Shown in pieces: positions 20,378 to 29,945 of a DNA stretch of 64,000 nt. A model generated the notes under the pieces. It saw nothing but the letters and a program-made list of their open reading frames with translations, was not told where the DNA came from and did no database searches. Numbering within the stretch: the first letter of the stretch is position 1; each line of letters starts with the position of its first letter. This DNA is from Acidobacteriota bacterium (GTDB taxonomy: Bacteria; Actinomycetota; AC-67): the NCBI GenBank assembly GCA_016208485.1, contig JACQXY010000010.1, positions 1,431-65,430 of the forward strand, in the 5' to 3' direction. The translations under genes were made by a program, and so were the position numbers.

Positions 20378-22012
20378 TCATCGTGGATTCCCCGCTCGTT
20401 CGAGCAGCTTGGCGAAATCGTAGTTGACGCTGGTCACACCGAAGTCGGGCTCGCGCTGGAAGGGGCGCCGCAGGTAACGCACGCGGTGGGTGTCGCCATT
20501 CAGGAACTCGACCAGAGCGAGGATGAAGTCGTCCGGTTTGTTGAGGCTGGTGAGGATCTCGTTCTTGGTCACCGTGACGGTGTCCGCGCCGGACACCCGG
20601 CCCTTCACCTCGATGAACCGCAACTTGCCGGTGCCGGGGGCGCGGCTCTCGACGTCGTAGCCGAGTCTCTCGAATTCGCGGTCGGTCGGCTCGAAGCCCA
20701 GGCCGCGCTCAATCTCCATCACGATCTCTCTCGCGCGCGCGGCGCTCGCCTGGGTGTCGGTGGGACTCGCGGGCCCGGCGGGCGCGCGACCGGTCATGGC
20801 GGCGACCAGCCCGATCGGCACGACCAGCAGACCGCCCAGCACCACCGGGGGCAGCGCCGAGATCTGGGCCTCTCGATCCAGCTCCGCGAGGCGCCTCTCG
20901 AGCCGGGCCTGCATCTCGTCGGCGCGGCGGCGTGCCTCCTGGGAGTTGAGCCGCGCGCCGGCCCTGCCGGCTTGTTCCTGGAGCTTGAGCTGCTCGGCGC
21001 GGTGGTCCCAGTAGGTGATCTCCTTGGTCAGTCGGTCCATCACGGCGGCGCGGGTCTTCTCGATCCACGCAAGGCGCCGGCCGCGCACCTCGGCGATGTG
21101 CTCGGGCACGACGTGCTCGATGGCGTGGCCCTGCGCCTTCTGCTCCAGCGCGCGTGTGATCCAGGCGCACTCGGGGCGGGCAAGGAGGTTGACCACCGGT
21201 GGCTCATCCTCGGCAAGTGGGCGGTAGTCGAGATACGGCGCGTAGTACGGGTGGCGCGTGCGCCCCGCGGCGTCCATCTCGACGTGGAGCATCCGCCGCG
21301 AGATCGTGCGGCGCTCGCCGGAGGGGAGAACGCTCGCATCCTGGATGGCGTGTTCGAGGAAGAGGAGCACGCGCGGGCTCGTGCCCGGGTCGCGCTCGTC
21401 TACCAGCACGGTGCCGCGCTTCAGGAGATCGCGGTGACGCTCGAGCGTGAGGTCGAGCACCGCGTCGAGCAGCGGGTGGCCGGGGCAGACGAAGGCCGCC
21501 AGAGGCTGACCCGGCGGCGCGATTAGGTCCTTCTCGAAGGTGATGCGCTCGTAGCGCGCGAGCACCGGATCGCCGGCGCCGATCTGGCGGTCACGGCTCC
21601 GGACCGGCGCGGGCACGTGGGTGATCTCGTAGCGACGCGGCTCGCGCTGGCGAACGGTGCCGCCGAGGCGACGGAAGGCCTCGAGGAAGAACGACTCGAT
21701 GTAGTGTGGCTGCAAGCGCCGCGCCTCGGCGCGCTCCATGTCCTCGCGCACGCGCGCGACGCGCCTGGAGTCCATCGCGTCGTGTGCGAGCGCCCGGTCC
21801 TCGATGAGTCCCTGCAGGTGCGCCCGGTCCACACGTGGTTCGTCGTGCCGGTAGAGGATCTCATCGGCCACGCGACCGTTCGGCCCGCGGTACACCAGGG
21901 TCAGGGCGTCCGAGCCGTGCCACTCGACGCCGACGACGGTGACTGCCGCATCCGGCAAGATGCCCCGGAGGGTCGCGTCGGGTTGGAGGTCCTCGAGCCT
22001 CAGCAAGGGCAC
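20378..22012 (-). pseudogene. SNF2-like helicase with C-terminal DUF3883 nuclease, helicase core deleted in frame
   Basis: N-terminus RLEDLQP...EILYRHDEP joined directly to DRALAHD...ERAEARRLQPHYIESFF; C-terminal GYDVES...FIEVKGR...VTKNEI; no Walker A or DEAH motif. Confidence 0.82.
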
Positions 22013-22231
22013 GCTCCCATCAGCGCCTGCCGCGAACGCGGGGGTCGCAGCTCGGATTCGCTTCGGGGCGCACCCATGAGACGGGCTCCATCCATGCGGG
22101 GCAGTGGATTTTCGGGCTCGCGCCAGGATAACACCTGGCTACGACAGTTCCGGCTCCGGATGGTCCGCGATTTGCCGCCCGTAGCCGTCCGTTCTCGCCG
22201 CTCCGCTGCGAGCCCGTAGAATGCGATCAAG

Positions 22232-23830
22232 ATGCCCGCCGGCGAGCGCTCCACCCCTTCGGGGATCCCCGTCGAGCCGGTCTACGGGCCGGAGTCCCTG
22301 CCGGGGTTCGACCCGGCCGCGGAACTCGGGAGCCCCGGCGAGTTCCCTTACGCGCGCGGCGTTTACCCGGACATGTACCGGGGCCGCGTCTGGACCATGC
22401 GCCAGTACGCGGGCTACGCGAGCGCGCGCGAGTCCAACGCCCGCTACCGCTACCTCCTCGAGCACGGCCAGACGGGCCTGTCGGTCGCCTTCGATCTCCC
22501 GACACAGATGGGACATGACTCCGACGACCCGGTCGCCGCGGCCGAGGTCGGCAAGGTTGGAGTCGCGATCGACTCCCTGGCGGACATGAGGATCCTGTTC
22601 GACGAGATCCCGCTCGACCGGGTCTCGACGAGCATGACGATCAACGCGCCGGCCTCGGTGCTGCTGCTCCTCTACGAGCTGGTCGGCGAGGAGCAAGGGG
22701 TCGCGCCGGAGCGGCTCACCGGCACGATCCAGAACGACATCCTGAAGGAGTACGTGGCGCGCGGCACCTACATCTTTCCGCCGGAGCCCTCCATGCGCCT
22801 GGTTACCGACACCTTCGCGTACTGCGCCGAGCGCATGCCGCGCTTCAACATGATCTCGATCTCCGGCTATCACATGGCCGAGAAGGGCGCGACCGCCATC
22901 CAGGAGGTCGCCTTCACCCTGGCCGATGCGATCGCATACGTGGAGGCCGGCGTGCGGGCCGGGCTCGCGGTGGACGATTTCGCGCCGCGCCTTTCGTTCT
23001 TCTTCGTGGCGCGCGAAAGCCTCTTCGAGGAGGTCGCGAAGTTCCGCGCGGCGCGCCGCCTGTGGGCGCAGGTCATGCGCGAGCGGTTCGGCGCGCGGGA
23101 CCTGCGGTCGCTCGCGCTCCGCTTTCACACCCAGACGGCCGGCGTGCAGCTCACCGCCCAACAGCCGGAGAACAACATCGTGCGCGTGGCGATCCAGGCG
23201 CTCGCCGCGGTCCTCGGCGGGACGCAGTCCCTGCACTGCAACGCGTTCGACGAGGCGCTCGCGCTGCCGACGGAGCGGGCGGCGAAGATCGCCCTCCGGA
23301 CCCAGCAGATCCTCGCGCACGAGACCGGCGCTACAGACACAGCCGACCCGCTCGGCGGCTCGTGGTTCGTCGAGTCGCTCACGCGCGAGGTGGAGGCCGG
23401 CGCGCGGGCTTATCTCGGGGAGATCGAGCGGCGCGGGGGCGCCGTCGGCTGCATCGAGTTCATGCAGCGCGAGATCGAGGAGTCCGCCTACCGCGAGGCG
23501 CAGGACGTCGAGGCCGGCCGGCGGGTCGTCGTCGGCCTCAACCGCTACCTCGAGCCGGGCGGCGGCGAGGTCGAGACCCTGAGGGTGGACCCCGGCGTGC
23601 AGCGGGAGCAGGCCGGCCGGCTCGCCGAGGTGCGCGCCGGCCGCGACGGCGCGACGGTCGCAACCGCGCTCGAGGATCTGCGCGCGGCGGCGAAGGGGAC
23701 TGAGAACCTGCTTCCCCCGATGCGCCAGGCCCTCCGGCGGATGGCGACGGTCGGCGAGGTCTGCGGGGTCCTGCGCGAGGAGTTCGGGGCCTGGCGTCCG
23801 GCGACGCATGGGAGAGCCGGCCGCCCGTGA
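22232..23830 (+). CDS. Methylmalonyl-CoA mutase family, N-terminal (large) subunit
   Basis: [54 protein letters not shown]. Confidence 0.93.
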   Translation: MPAGERSTPSGIPVEPVYGPESLPGFDPAAELGSPGEFPYARGVYPDMYRGRVWTMRQYAGYASARESNARYRYLLEHGQTGLSVAFDLPTQMGHDSDDPVAAAEVGKVGVAIDSLADMRILFDEIPLDRVSTSMTINAPASVLLLLYELVGEEQGVAPERLTGTIQNDILKEYVARGTYIFPPEPSMRLVTDTFAYCAERMPRFNMISISGYHMAEKGATAIQEVAFTLADAIAYVEAGVRAGLAVDDFAPRLSFFFVARESLFEEVAKFRAARRLWAQVMRERFGARDLRSLALRFHTQTAGVQLTAQQPENNIVRVAIQALAAVLGGTQSLHCNAFDEALALPTERAAKIALRTQQILAHETGATDTADPLGGSWFVESLTREVEAGARAYLGEIERRGGAVGCIEFMQREIEESAYREAQDVEAGRRVVVGLNRYLEPGGGEVETLRVDPGVQREQAGRLAEVRAGRDGATVATALEDLRAAAKGTENLLPPMRQALRRMATVGEVCGVLREEFGAWRPATHGRAGRP

Positions 23831-25024
23831 GAGGGATCTCGTTCCGGGCCCGGGCGATGGCGCTCGTCGGGCTCTGCGTGCTCCTGGTCGGCACCGCTCT
23901 CGTCCTGATCGAGAGCGGGCGGATCAGGGAGCTGATTCTCAGCGAGAGGGCCGCCCAGGTGGCTCGGGTCGCCCGCCACGTGGAGGAGGGAGCGACCAAG
24001 GCTTACCTCTCCGGGGGCCGGGAGGCCGCCCTCGCGTTCCTGCGCCAAGAGGCGGTCCATGAGGTCCTGTCGCTGGGAGCGGAGAAGGTCATCATCACCG
24101 ACGGCGCCCGAAAGATCCTCGCCCACTCCGACCCCGCGCTCGTGGGGCGGATCTACTCCGGGGAGGAGGTCGCCGAGGTCCTGGAGAGCGGCCGGCCGGT
24201 GACCGGCGCGGAGACGGCTTCGGAGTTCGCCTTCGCCGTGCCCCTGGCCATCCCCGGTGGCCCTCCGGGTGCGTTCGAGGCCGAGGTCGATATTCCGGCG
24301 CTCTACTCGACGATCGCCACGGTCAGGCGGCAGGCGCTGCTCGCGAGCCTGATCGTCCTCACGGTGGCCCTCCCGCTCACCTCCTGGTCGGCGAACCGCC
24401 TGCTCGGCCGGGTCTACGACCGGGAGCGCCGAGCCTCCGAGCGCCTGAGGGAGGCGGAGCGCCTGAAGAGCGACCTGGTGGCGGCCGTCTCCCACGAGTT
24501 CCGGACGCCGCTCGCCGCGATCATCGGATATCTGCGAACCCTGCTTCGCTCCGGACTGGACGCGACCGCCGAGGAGCGGGCGGCCTTCCTCGATTCCGCC
24601 GAGCGCCAAGCGGGCAGGCTCGAGCGGCTCGTCGAGACCCTCCTGGCGACGGCCGGGATCGAGCGCGCCGGCCGCGTCTCGCCGGAGCCGGTCGATCTGG
24701 CGGAGCTCGGGGAGGATCTCCGGAGAGAGTTCTCCGCCCGCGCTCCGGCGCACCGCTTCGAGCTCGCTCTGCCGGCCGGCCTTCCCCAGCTCGCGACCGA
24801 GAGGGAGAAGGTGCACCTGATCCTCGCGAACCTGCTCGACAACGCGATCAAGTTCTCCCCGCCCGGCTCGACGGTGAGTCTTGCGGCCGAAGCGCGCCCG
24901 GGGGAGATCCGCCTGGCGATAGCGGATGAAGGCCCGGGCATCGCTCCGGAGAAGCTCCGGACGCTGTTTCGCCCGTTCGCGCAGCTCGACTCGTCGGCGA
25001 CGAGGAAGGCGGGGGGCCTTGGGA
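23827..25024 (+). pseudogene. Two-TM sensor histidine kinase interrupted in its G2 box by a group II intron
   Basis: SHEFRTPL, NLLDNAIKF, DEGPGI, F.PF.QLD, then GGLG followed by intron sequence; rest of HATPase_c missing. Confidence 0.85.
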
Positions 25025-26943
25025 AAGCGCCGGGATAAGCCGGCATGGAGTGGAGGATGAAAGAGCCTTACGGGGAAGGAGTAGCGACCCACCCCGGCCC
25101 CGAGTCATGCGGCTCCGCTCGTGAGGGTGGGGCTGAAGCGTTGACAGGGGGACGTGCAGGCCGGCTATTGAGCCGCGAAATCACCTCTTCGGGGCGCCGA
25201 CGTTGTCCAAAGGTGCGGAAGGCAACACCTGACGGCGCGCTTTCGCGAGTGCTGTCAGGGCCCCGCGCGGTCAGAGACCCTGTGCATGTGCGTCACGCTC
25301 CATGCGCGAGAACCGGGAGGGCTCACGGCCAGACGGCCCCCGGACGGTGGGGGTCGCCTCGCATGGGGAAGGCGGTGGCTGTAATCCCATGATGCACGGC
25401 CGTGAGCAGTCGGATGGCCTCGTAGTACCTGCGAAGCCCCGGAACAACGCCGGCGGGGTGCCGGCGGCGGACGGGGTGGAGGGAAGGGGGTCAGCCAAGA
25501 GGAACCCGCAACAGCCCACCACGCGCCGGACGCAGAGCCGGGCAAGCGTGCCTGCGGGGTTGGAGCGGGTGCGTCAGGCTGCTCGGAAGGATAAGGACGC
25601 GAGGTTCACGGCGCTTCTGCATCACGTCACGCCGGAGCTGCTCCGGGAGTCCTACCTCGGCTTGAAGCGGAGGGCGGCTCCTGGGGTGGATGGGGTGACG
25701 TGGCAGCAGTACGGGCAGGACCTGGAGGCCAACCTCCGGGATCTGCATGCTCGGCTGCATCGGGGAGCGTACCGACCGAAACCGTCCCGCAGGGCGTATG
25801 TGTCCAAGGCCAACGGGCGGATGCGTCCGCTTGGGATCGCCGCAGTGGAGGACAAGGTCGTCCAAGCCGCGGTGGCTACGGTGCTGAGCTCTGTGTGGGA
25901 GCAGGATTTCATCGGCTTCTCCTACGGGTTCCGGCCCGGTCGCAGCCCGCATGACGCGCTGGATGCGTTGGCGGCTGCGGTCAAGCGGGGGAGGGTGAAC
26001 TGGATCCTCGACGCGGACGTTCGTGACTTCTTTTCGGCCGTCAGCCACGAATGGACGCAGCGGTTTGTCGAGGATCGGATCGCGGACCCGCGGATCCTGC
26101 GGCTCATCCGTGCCTGGTTGACCGCAGGGGTGATGGAGGACGGGAAGGTGACGTGGGAGCAGGCAGGGACCGTTCAGGGCGCGACGATCTCGCCCCCGCT
26201 CGCGAACCTGTATCTGCATCACGTCTTCGACCGGTGGGCTCACGAGTGGAGGGGGCGGCACGCGAGGGGCAAGGTTTATCTCGTGCGGTTCGCCGACGAC
26301 ATCATCGTGGGCTTCGAGCACCGGGAGGACGCCGAGCGGTTCCGGGGAGAGCTGCGAGAGCGGCTCGCGGCCTTCGACCTGGAGCTGAACCCGGAGAAGA
26401 CGCGCCTGATCGAGTTCGGGCGGTTCGCCGCTCGTAACCGGGCGGCGCGCGGACTGGGCAAGCCGGAGAACTTCACCTTTCTGGGGTTCACGCACATCTG
26501 CGGGACCTCCCGGAAAGGTGGGTTCCAGCTCGTTCGGCAGACCAACCGGACCCGGCTGCGGAGAAAGCTCCGCGAGATCAGGCGGGAGCTTCGTCGCCGG
26601 ATGCACGCTTCCATCCCGGAGCAAGGCGCATGGCTGCGACGGGTGGTTCAGGGACACTTTAACTACTACGCGGTCCCGACGAACATCCACGCACTCAGCG
26701 CCTTCCGGAAACAGGTCGGCCGCCACTGGATACGGACGCTTCGGCGCCGGAGCCAGAGGGGCCGCCGACTCACCTGGCAGCGGATGTATCCATGGATCGA
26801 CCGCTGCCTTCCGCGCGCTCGCATCCTGCATCCCTGGCCCGAGGACCGCTTCGACGCTCGACTCAAGGCAAGAGCCGTATGAGGCAACCCTCACGTACGG
26901 ATCCGTCCGGGGGGCCCCGGGTAACCGGGGTCCCTACCGGGCC
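25025..26943 (+). mobile_element. Group II intron (ribozyme + RT ORF)
   Basis: DV GAGCCGTATGAGGCAACCCTCACGTACGGATC (26872-26903), DVI hairpin with bulged A, domain I-like GGAGTAGCGACCCAC...GAGTCATGCG; boundaries inferred. Confidence 0.88.
25389..26882 (+). CDS. ltrA: Group II intron reverse transcriptase/maturase, no endonuclease domain
   Basis: FTALLHHV, APGVDG, RPLGI, SYGFRPGRS, QGATISP, RFADD, FTFLGF, GHFNYY. Confidence 0.93.
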   Translation: MMHGREQSDGLVVPAKPRNNAGGVPAADGVEGRGSAKRNPQQPTTRRTQSRASVPAGLERVRQAARKDKDARFTALLHHVTPELLRESYLGLKRRAAPGVDGVTWQQYGQDLEANLRDLHARLHRGAYRPKPSRRAYVSKANGRMRPLGIAAVEDKVVQAAVATVLSSVWEQDFIGFSYGFRPGRSPHDALDALAAAVKRGRVNWILDADVRDFFSAVSHEWTQRFVEDRIADPRILRLIRAWLTAGVMEDGKVTWEQAGTVQGATISPPLANLYLHHVFDRWAHEWRGRHARGKVYLVRFADDIIVGFEHREDAERFRGELRERLAAFDLELNPEKTRLIEFGRFAARNRAARGLGKPENFTFLGFTHICGTSRKGGFQLVRQTNRTRLRRKLREIRRELRRRMHASIPEQGAWLRRVVQGHFNYYAVPTNIHALSAFRKQVGRHWIRTLRRRSQRGRRLTWQRMYPWIDRCLPRARILHPWPEDRFDARLKARAV

Positions 26944-27356
26944 TCGACGCTGAAACGGTCCGGCGGCGCCTTCGCGAACTCGACCGGCGCATCGGGGCGC
27001 TCGGCGCGATCCGGGCCGGTGGGCGCGCCGCGTTCCTCGCCGACGAGGGGGTTCAGGCTCAGGCGGAGCGGCACGTGCAGCTTGCCGTGCAGTCGGCCAT
27101 CGATGTCGCACTCCACATCGTTGCCGAGGCCTCGGCCGCCACCCCCGAGGAGTACGGCGCGGGGTTCATCGAGCTCGGGCGGCTCGGGATCATTGCGCCG
27201 GATCTCGCCGAGCGCCTGAGGGCAGCCGCCGGGCTGCGGAATGTCCTTGTCCACGCGTATCTAGACGTGGATCCGGCGAGGATCTGGGAGCACATCGAGG
27301 ACGTGGGGGACCTCCGGGACTTCGCAGCCGCGATCGACGCCTTCGTGGGCACCTGA
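26944..27356 (+). pseudogene. DUF86/HepT-like HEPN RNase lacking its own start codon
   Basis: DAETVRRRLREL...AERHVQLAVQSAID...GLRNVLVHAY (RX4HXY); begins at the intron 3' end. Confidence 0.8.
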
Positions 27357-27370
27357 CTTCGCGATATCCT

Positions 27371-28438
27371 ATGTTCGTGCGCGCGCGAACAGAGAACACC
27401 ACACCCCGCCGCCGGTCTGCCCTGGCTGTGGGCGCCATCGAAGACATCGCGAAGGTCCTGTCGGGGTTGGGCTTCGTTGCCGAGCCCGGGGCCGGGCGGG
27501 GGGACCTGGTCGTGAGAGCCGGCCGGGAAGCGGTCCCAGTGGAGGTGGAGTTCGCGGCCACCCCCTCGACCACCGCGATCGGATGCCTCATCGCGGCGCG
27601 CCGGCGGAGAGGGCCGGTCGGCGTTCGAGTGCTCGTCGCCGACCGTGTCCCCCTTGCGGGCAGGGAGCTGCTGCGCGCCGCCGGCTGGGGATGGCTGGAT
27701 CGCCGAGGTCACCTGAGGCTCTGGGCGCCCGGTCAGGGGCTGCTCGTGGAGACCGCTGTGGAATCCTTGCTCCCGGCGAGCGGATCGAGCCCCGATCCCA
27801 TCAGGAGCCGAGTCCGGCTGGAGGTCGCCATCTCCCTGCTGCTCGACCCGGCAATGGAGGTGTCGGTTCGAGCCCTGTCTCGGTCGCTGGGGCGCGCGCC
27901 TAGCGCGGTCTCGGTCGCGCTCGCGGATCTGCGCGGGGCATCGCTCGTGACGGCCGGATCGAAGCCCCTCGTCCCGGAACTCTTCGACGAGGTCGCCGGC
28001 CACTGGGCCCCCGAGCGCACACCGCTGGGAGGGGCGCCGTCGCTGGAGGAGACCCGACTCCTGCAGCGTCCGGCTTTCAACGTCGAGGATCTGGACAGCC
28101 CGGGATGGGCGCTGACCGACACGCAGGCGGCCCGCCACTACGGGGCACCCGTCGTCGTCGCGGGGGACCAGCCGCCGGACTTCTACGTGCCGTCGGCGCG
28201 TGCTCTCCGGGATGCCGTCAACCAGTTCGGGCTCGCCCCCGTGTACGAGGCGCGGGCCTGCACGGTCTCGATTCCACCCGTCGGCGCCGCTGTGTGCCCC
28301 CGGTACCGCGTTGCGGACACCATCTGGCCTCTCGCGCATCCGCTCTTCGTCGGGCTCGAGCTGGCGCGTGACCGGTCTCGGGGGCGCGAGATCCTCGATG
28401 GCTGGACGCCCCACGTTGAGTTCACTCGTGTCTGGTGA
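27371..28438 (+). CDS. Putative type IV TA antitoxin / transcriptional regulator (AbiEi-like)
   Basis: GWLDRRGHLRL, central HTH (SVRALSRSLGRAPSAVS), C-terminal HPLFVGLELARDRSRGREIL. Confidence 0.6.
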   Translation: MFVRARTENTTPRRRSALAVGAIEDIAKVLSGLGFVAEPGAGRGDLVVRAGREAVPVEVEFAATPSTTAIGCLIAARRRRGPVGVRVLVADRVPLAGRELLRAAGWGWLDRRGHLRLWAPGQGLLVETAVESLLPASGSSPDPIRSRVRLEVAISLLLDPAMEVSVRALSRSLGRAPSAVSVALADLRGASLVTAGSKPLVPELFDEVAGHWAPERTPLGGAPSLEETRLLQRPAFNVEDLDSPGWALTDTQAARHYGAPVVVAGDQPPDFYVPSARALRDAVNQFGLAPVYEARACTVSIPPVGAAVCPRYRVADTIWPLAHPLFVGLELARDRSRGREILDGWTPHVEFTRVW

Positions 28439-29198
28439 GGTCGTGCTCCTCGCGGATCGCGAGGGGAGCCTGGAGAGGCTCGTGGGCGCGATCGGAGAGC
28501 TGGAGCGCCAGGGCCTTCCAGCCCGCCACGCCCTGATCGGGGGCCTCGCGGTGATGGCCCGTCTCGCCCGGCGGCATCGCCCGACGGGCGACATCGACGC
28601 GGTCTACGCCGAGGGGGAGGTGGACGTCGTCCAGTTACTCGTCGAGCGTGGCGCCGATCGCCAGCGCGAGGGCGTGGTCCTTCCCGAGGGCCTCAAGCTC
28701 GACCTCATCGCGGTCGGCGACTTCGATCCGGCGGATGTGCCCGACGACGCGCGTCCGCGCGCGTTCGTTCTCTCGCACCGCTGGGCCCTGGACACCGCGG
28801 ATTCGGTCACGCTCGCGGTTGCCCGCTCATCCGGCGACGTGGTGCTCCGCGTGCGCGCGCCGGTTGCCTCGGCCGCTGCTCTCGTTGCTACGAAGCTGCA
28901 GTCGGCGCTCTGGCGTTCGGAGATCCGCCGGCACAAGCGCGCGGGTGACATCTACGACCTGTATCGGCTTCTCGATGCGCACGACGCCGGGGGGGACGTG
29001 GCGGCGGCGCTGGCGGTCTCCCCGCAGGATCTGGGGGCGCTCGCGCGAGAACTCGCGCGGCGGCTCCTCGTGGATGAGGCTGAGCGCTCCGCTCGATGGC
29101 TCCGGGCCGATGGCGGACCCGAGATGCAGGGAATCGGAGCGGCGGACCTGCGCGCCGTTGGGGAGCCCTTGGTCCGAAGGCTCGCGACCGGCCGCTGA
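28428..29198 (+). CDS. Nucleotidyltransferase-fold toxin (AbiEii-like)
   Basis: LIGGLAV..R....RPTGDID, LVATKL, KRAGDIYDL. Confidence 0.7.
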   Translation: MSGEVVLLADREGSLERLVGAIGELERQGLPARHALIGGLAVMARLARRHRPTGDIDAVYAEGEVDVVQLLVERGADRQREGVVLPEGLKLDLIAVGDFDPADVPDDARPRAFVLSHRWALDTADSVTLAVARSSGDVVLRVRAPVASAAALVATKLQSALWRSEIRRHKRAGDIYDLYRLLDAHDAGGDVAAALAVSPQDLGALARELARRLLVDEAERSARWLRADGGPEMQGIGAADLRAVGEPLVRRLATGR

Positions 29199-29490
29199 CC
29201 TCGACCATCCGCTCCGGGCGCGTGCCCGGCCGCGCACTCCGGCGGGCGAGCATCTGGGGCGGTGCGTCCCCCGGTGGTCTCCGAACGCGGGCCGCCCGTC
29301 CGGTCGGAGCATGAGGGACGCTGCTCTGCGTCGCGGAGTTCGCCCACGGCCGTCTTGACCAGGTGGGTGGCACACCGGGCGACCCTGGCTCCAGGCGCCC
29401 GCCCGCAGGCGCTGGCGCGGCAGACCGCCACAAGCCCGCTGGCGCCGGTCGCGTGCTGTGTGGCCGGAGTCTCCCCGTGGCGCTGCCTGA

Positions 29491-29740
29491 TCATCTCCTG
29501 CGGTTCCGTTGCCGCAGCCGCCACGCCGCCATCGGATGGTGCGGAAGCTCCGGGTTCGCCTCGAGTCCCTCGAACATGGGCAGTGGATCGAATCGGTCCT
29601 CGTCGTAGAAGCGTTCGAGGTAGAAACGGTGTTTCTCGCCAGGGGCGAGGATCTCGCTGAGCGTGGGCTCCGCGGCCCTGCGGAGCAGGTCAAGGGTCGG
29701 GCGAAGACCCTTTCGGAGCGTGGGCCACAGAGCGTTGCGT
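29491..29740 (-). pseudogene. C-terminal remnant of an AbiEii-family protein
   Basis: LWPTLRKG...YLERFYDEDRFDP...HHPMAAWRL*; no N-terminus. Confidence 0.45.
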
Positions 29741-29866
29741 CTCTAGCCTGCCTGGAGGCTCGGGATGAGTCCCGCTGCCGCCCGCGGGCGGTCGCGATCG
29801 CCCATCGCCAGATGATCCGCGGGCGACCCCACCCGGCAGGCCCGCCGGCTTCGCGCATTCCCCCAT

Positions 29867-29918
29867 TGACAGCGTTCCGGCCCATGCGGGATACTTTGTA
29901 ATAGGTGTTTACAAACAC
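29867..29918 (+). promoter_or_regulatory. Sigma70-type promoter and palindromic operator
   Basis: TTGACA...GATACT, then GTGTTT-AC-AAACAC at 29905-29918. Confidence 0.55.
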
Positions 29919-29945
29919 TCCTACTCTCAAGGGGGACGACAAGTG

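Noticed and set aside
25389..26882. Retron, DGR or defence-associated RT
   Set aside because: Maturase-type sequence with DV/DVI immediately downstream identifies a group II intron
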